64,000 nt of DNA from Methanobacteriota archaeon (lineage in GTDB: Archaea; Thermoplasmatota; Poseidoniia; Poseidoniales; Thalassarchaeaceae), in the NCBI GenBank assembly GCA_002708695.1, contig PAOZ01000019.1, forward strand, positions 3,065 to 67,064. The letters run 5' to 3'. Both the position numbers and the translations under genes were made by a program. Positions 60,540 to 64,000 of the stretch are shown here, piece by piece; within the stretch, counting starts at the first letter, position 1; each line of letters begins with the position of its first letter. Below the pieces are notes generated by a model. It worked only from the letters and a program-made list of their open reading frames with translations. It was not told the origin of the DNA and did not search any database.

Positions 60540-62212
60540 GTCTCACGTACTTTAGCAGCTATCGCAACTGGATCATCCAATTTCTCAACAACAGAATCAG
60601 GAAGTAGCATAATTCCTCTATCATCTACAATGGCTCTTCCATTAATCAAAATTCTAGTTCCAAACAATTTTTCACTTATCTCTCTAACAAAATTCCCAGG
60701 GCCTTCTTCATTGATTCTACTTTGAATTGAGGCCATATCTTGATGCAGAAATTTCTCAGATGCTGCGCGTCCTACAACTACATTTGCACTAGCTAGTCCA
60801 TCATCAATGACAAAACGAAGTCGAAGATCTTCCACTCCCTCAACTACATCGTGTTCTGCACAAACCCCTTCTCTCAAAACACGACGACATTCTGGACAAC
60901 GTAAAACAATTCCACAATCATCTCGAACAACCAAAACCTCTCCTTCAGTTTGGATTCCATCTCTAGAACCACTATTCTTGAGTTCTCCAAGAGTTGTCTC
61001 AACTACATGTGATTCAGGGTCTATTTCTCCCCATGGGGATTGATCCAAAATTGTTACTTGTTTTGCATCATCTACTGTAATATCAGGAGTTCCTTGGAAG
61101 GCTCGAATTCGTGCTTCTTGAATAGAAACCACTTGACCTGGTTGAATTTCTATCGGAGACCATACAGTCATCTTACAACGTCCGGAAGGATCTAAAACGC
61201 GAACACTCGTAAGACTACGTTCCTCACCATCTCTCACAAAAGTTCGAGTTTCTATTGATTCAACTTGAACAGTGATATCAACTCCCCTCATACCATCTCG
61301 AATATCCTCGATTTTTGCACGATTATTTGATGATAATTCATCAGCATCAGGGAATGATGCGTCTCGAAATACCTCAATTTTTGTTCTATCACTAAAATTG
61401 ACTTCAGGTGTTTCTCGGAATCTCCTGATATTCGCGCCTTCAAAACGAAGTAGTGAACCAACTTCATGATTGAATTCACCCCAACAAAGGAAACTCATCT
61501 GACCTGAACTATCTGCTAATCGTCCTCGAACAACGTCGATGGTACCGCTACCATCTTTCTTTACAATCTGATCCGGACGAGCAGCAATCACCCTTGCTAC
61601 CAATGTAACAGGACCTTCCATTGATGCAGCAGTAGCCAAATCAACTGGTTCAGATGTAGGTATATTGACTGTATTTCCTTCCTGAAGAACTGCTACACGT
61701 GAACTCTGATTGATGTTTATTGAACGTTTACCATTCCACTCATTCACTGATACTCCTTCTAATCTAACTATTGAACCCGGAGATAAATTCGAACTATGAT
61801 TCCCCCAATCCTTGTAATCCCAGCGAGTACTCCCTTCATTTGAGAAAGGAAGGTCTTCTATCCATCCAAAGGCAATTTGCCGTTCCTCACCTCGAACCAT
61901 TTGTACTCTAGGAGTGTAACTCACTACCATGACCTCGATTGTTACATTACGATCATCAGAGCCTAATTCAGAGAATCTTTCTACTTTCTTCGAAGCTACC
62001 ATACTATCCATTCTAGATTGAATTGAAGTTTCAGAATCATTCTTCTGAAATCGCTTCACAATCGAACGTACTGCATCCTCAGGTTCAATCCTAAACTGTG
62101 TGTGATATTTTTCAAATTCTTCACGAATTGCATTCCTATCAGCATCAGGAACCTCGGTTAGAACCTGCTCAATGTATGTCTCATATTCATCTGTCATTTT
62201 TTCAGTCTCCAC
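60521..62212 (-). CDS. rpa: replication protein A (single-stranded DNA-binding protein with multiple OB folds and a zinc ribbon)
   Basis: Repeated OB-fold segments (e.g. IRRFRETPEVNFSDRTKIEV). CxxC...CxxH zinc motif CPECRRVLREGVCAEH. 563 aa. Confidence 0.75.
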   Translation of the reverse strand: METEKMTDEYETYIEQVLTEVPDADRNAIREEFEKYHTQFRIEPEDAVRSIVKRFQKNDSETSIQSRMDSMVASKKVERFSELGSDDRNVTIEVMVVSYTPRVQMVRGEERQIAFGWIEDLPFSNEGSTRWDYKDWGNHSSNLSPGSIVRLEGVSVNEWNGKRSININQSSRVAVLQEGNTVNIPTSEPVDLATAASMEGPVTLVARVIAARPDQIVKKDGSGTIDVVRGRLADSSGQMSFLCWGEFNHEVGSLLRFEGANIRRFRETPEVNFSDRTKIEVFRDASFPDADELSSNNRAKIEDIRDGMRGVDITVQVESIETRTFVRDGEERSLTSVRVLDPSGRCKMTVWSPIEIQPGQVVSIQEARIRAFQGTPDITVDDAKQVTILDQSPWGEIDPESHVVETTLGELKNSGSRDGIQTEGEVLVVRDDCGIVLRCPECRRVLREGVCAEHDVVEGVEDLRLRFVIDDGLASANVVVGRAASEKFLHQDMASIQSRINEEGPGNFVREISEKLFGTRILINGRAIVDDRGIMLLPDSVVEKLDDPVAIAAKVRETWGVVL

Positions 62213-62292
62213 TGGAGGGGGGTAAAATCACGCTCCAGCAAACACCGAGTCACTCCAATATTAGGAGAAAGGAGAGATGACTCGGCGTAAGG

Positions 62293-63525
62293 ATGCTGAA
62301 GTCTGGACACCACATCGCCTCCGGAGAACTAGGTGATTGGTGGCGGTTCTTGAATCATCCTAATGGGAATTCAACCGATGACATCATGACGAATAGGGTA
62401 ATACGAAGGCCAATGAGGGAGCCTTTTCACTTCGAAGGATTTGATGTAGAACCGGGCACTCAAGCCCGAATTCCATTATCTGTCGGCCTAGATCCTCTTG
62501 GAAGAGATTTGTCGATACCGGTCCACATTCTACATGGTGAAGAAGATGGCCCAATCCTAACAATCACTTCAACAATTCATGGGGATGAACTCAATGGTGT
62601 AACCATAATTAGACACCTCCTTTACGGAATGGATTTGAAACCAGAAACAAGTGACGATTTGGTTAGAATTGAAAATTTAAGAGGAACTCTATTGATTGTG
62701 CCCGTATGTAATCCCGAAGCAGTAATTCTTGATACAAGGCGTTCAAGTGATGGAAGAGACCTCAATAGATGCTTTCCAGGGCTCCCAAATGGAACACATT
62801 CTGCAAGAATTGCACATGCATTGTTTGAGCGAGTTGTAATGAGAGGAGAATACCTAATCGATTTACATACAGCACCTGCTAGAAGAACTAACGCTCCACA
62901 TATTCGGGCAAATTGTGACCTTCAAGACTCTAAAGAATTAGCTAGAGCTTTTGGAACCCCGATTGTATTACATTCAATTGGCCCAGAGGGATCATTAAGA
63001 AGAACGGCCACAGGATTAGGTATTCATTCCATCCTATTGGAAGCAGGTACTGCAAATGTCTTCGAAGGAGGAGCAATTGCAGTAGGGGTTCAAGGAATCA
63101 TGAATGTAATGATACATTTAGGAATGATTGATGGAAATGTAAGGCGTCCTGAATGGAGACTCATTGTTCGAAAGTCTAGATGGATAAGATCACCAAGGGG
63201 AGGAATGTTACATCCAGCAATTGTTGCAGGAGAATTAGTAGATGAAGGGCAACCAATTGCTCATGTTACAAATCCTCTAAGTGGCGATGCGGAAGCAATT
63301 CTTAGTCCAATGGCAGGCGTAGCAGTCGGGTTAGCGACTTCACCGATTGTTCGAGAGGGTGATCCAGTAGCAAATATTGCATCTGTGCAAAAGAAAAAAA
63401 CACATCAGAAGATTCGAGCAGCACCTATGACTGAATGGACAATCAAAGATGTATCAGAAACACTAGAGGATATCTCTGATGACGAAGGTGGAGCATGTAT
63501 TGATGATACTCCAGAGGATGAATGA
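62293..63525 (+). CDS. succinylglutamate desuccinylase/aspartoacylase (AstE/AspA, M14-like) family protein
   Basis: Zn-ligand context TIHGDELNG, DLHTAP, and a C-terminal beta-rich domain typical of the family. 410 aa. Confidence 0.65.
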   Translation: MLKSGHHIASGELGDWWRFLNHPNGNSTDDIMTNRVIRRPMREPFHFEGFDVEPGTQARIPLSVGLDPLGRDLSIPVHILHGEEDGPILTITSTIHGDELNGVTIIRHLLYGMDLKPETSDDLVRIENLRGTLLIVPVCNPEAVILDTRRSSDGRDLNRCFPGLPNGTHSARIAHALFERVVMRGEYLIDLHTAPARRTNAPHIRANCDLQDSKELARAFGTPIVLHSIGPEGSLRRTATGLGIHSILLEAGTANVFEGGAIAVGVQGIMNVMIHLGMIDGNVRRPEWRLIVRKSRWIRSPRGGMLHPAIVAGELVDEGQPIAHVTNPLSGDAEAILSPMAGVAVGLATSPIVREGDPVANIASVQKKKTHQKIRAAPMTEWTIKDVSETLEDISDDEGGACIDDTPEDE

Positions 63526-64000
63526 TGACTATTGGAGAATTATATTTTGGATATGGTTCAAATCTCAACGAAGATGATTGGAATTCTTCAGGCGATTTTT
63601 TACCATGGAAAGAGGCATTGCAAATCTACAATCAAGCATATTTGTTAGATCATATCCCTGTTTATCACTACTTTTCGAAAGGCAGAGGTGGTGGAGCACT
63701 GGATGTTCGACCACTTAAAGGAGGAACAGTAAATGGGATGTTGTTTCGACCTACTGTCGAAGGATGGAAAAATGTAGAAAAAAAGGAAGGGAGTCCAAAT
63801 TATTATTTTCCAAAAAAAATCATTGTTCAAACAATCACTGGAGAATTACTGGAAGCAATCACCTACATGGTAGTAGAGCATAGAAAGGAAGCAGAGTTTA
63901 TACAACCCAGTAAAAAATACCAAAAAATTGTGCACGAAGGAATGAGAAATCTCGAATTGAATCCAAGTGGACAAAATGGAGCAGCTGTAAATGATGAATC
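63522..64000 (+). CDS. gamma-glutamyl cyclotransferase-like (AIG2/GGCT fold) protein, 3' partial (runs off window)
   Basis: ATGATG start overlapping the AstE stop (ATGA). YFGYGSNL matches the GGCT YGSNL motif. Frame is open to the window end. Not in the ORF track because it has no stop. Confidence 0.6.
   Translation, partial: MMTIGELYFGYGSNLNEDDWNSSGDFLPWKEALQIYNQAYLLDHIPVYHYFSKGRGGGALDVRPLKGGTVNGMLFRPTVEGWKNVEKKEGSPNYYFPKKIIVQTITGELLEAITYMVVEHRKEAEFIQPSKKYQKIVHEGMRNLELNPSGQNGAAVNDE

Noticed and set aside
1-64000. CRISPR arrays, rRNA genes, transposases or integrases
   Set aside because: No regularly spaced direct repeats, no rRNA-like conserved stretches, and no DDE or tyrosine-recombinase motifs seen in any frame. 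Only one tRNA was found by eye; intergenic spacers are too short for more.

Overview
The window reads as an archaeal chromosome segment of moderately low GC content. My best guess is an uncultured marine Thermoplasmatota / Marine Group II-like lineage; that is an inference from gene content, not a database hit.

Archaeal hallmark genes:
- a complete A-type ATP synthase operon, atpHIKECFABD, on the minus strand at 42.2-50.9 kb
- aIF2-gamma, ribosomal proteins S6e and L10e, Dph2, Orc1/Cdc6 and an RPA
- geranylgeranyl reductase and a GGPP synthase
- archaeal class-III-signal pilins

Bacterial-type genes interleaved with these:
- the C-terminal end of gyrA
- the mutL-mutS pair and the smc-scpA-scpB operon
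- a class II HMG-CoA reductase
- a PlsC-like acyltransferase
- a Tad/CpaF-like secretion ATPase with two T2SSF-like membrane proteins

Coding density is high and genes are often translationally coupled through ATGA overlaps. One tRNA-Ser(GCT) was found. I saw no CRISPR array, rRNA, transposase or integrase.

The most interesting candidate for an undescribed system is the accessory-looking block directly downstream of the tRNA-Ser, at 0.58-7.8 kb:
- a giant secreted, N-glycosylation-rich surface protein
- divergent from it, a compact operon encoding a pilin-like protein with a lamin-tail domain, three tandem single-domain KaiC/RecA-like proteins (the first with an intact Walker A, the next two with lost or degenerate P-loops), and a classic archaeal type IV pilin
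- a second surface-filament-related cluster about 49 kb away, with the Tad-like ATPase and a split platform protein at 56.6-59.5 kb

Other notable observations:
- the GGPP synthase gene carries an in-frame TAA stop after codon 32
- a minus-strand operon at 25.6-29.0 kb encodes an Orc/Cdc6-like P-loop protein (Walker A Lys replaced by Arg, about 350 aa disordered linker, C-terminal wHTH), a beta-propeller protein and a small protein
- a perfect 10-bp inverted repeat sits in the divergent promoter region upstream of HMG-CoA reductase

Several ORF-track starts use GTG/TTG, so true starts are uncertain in places.
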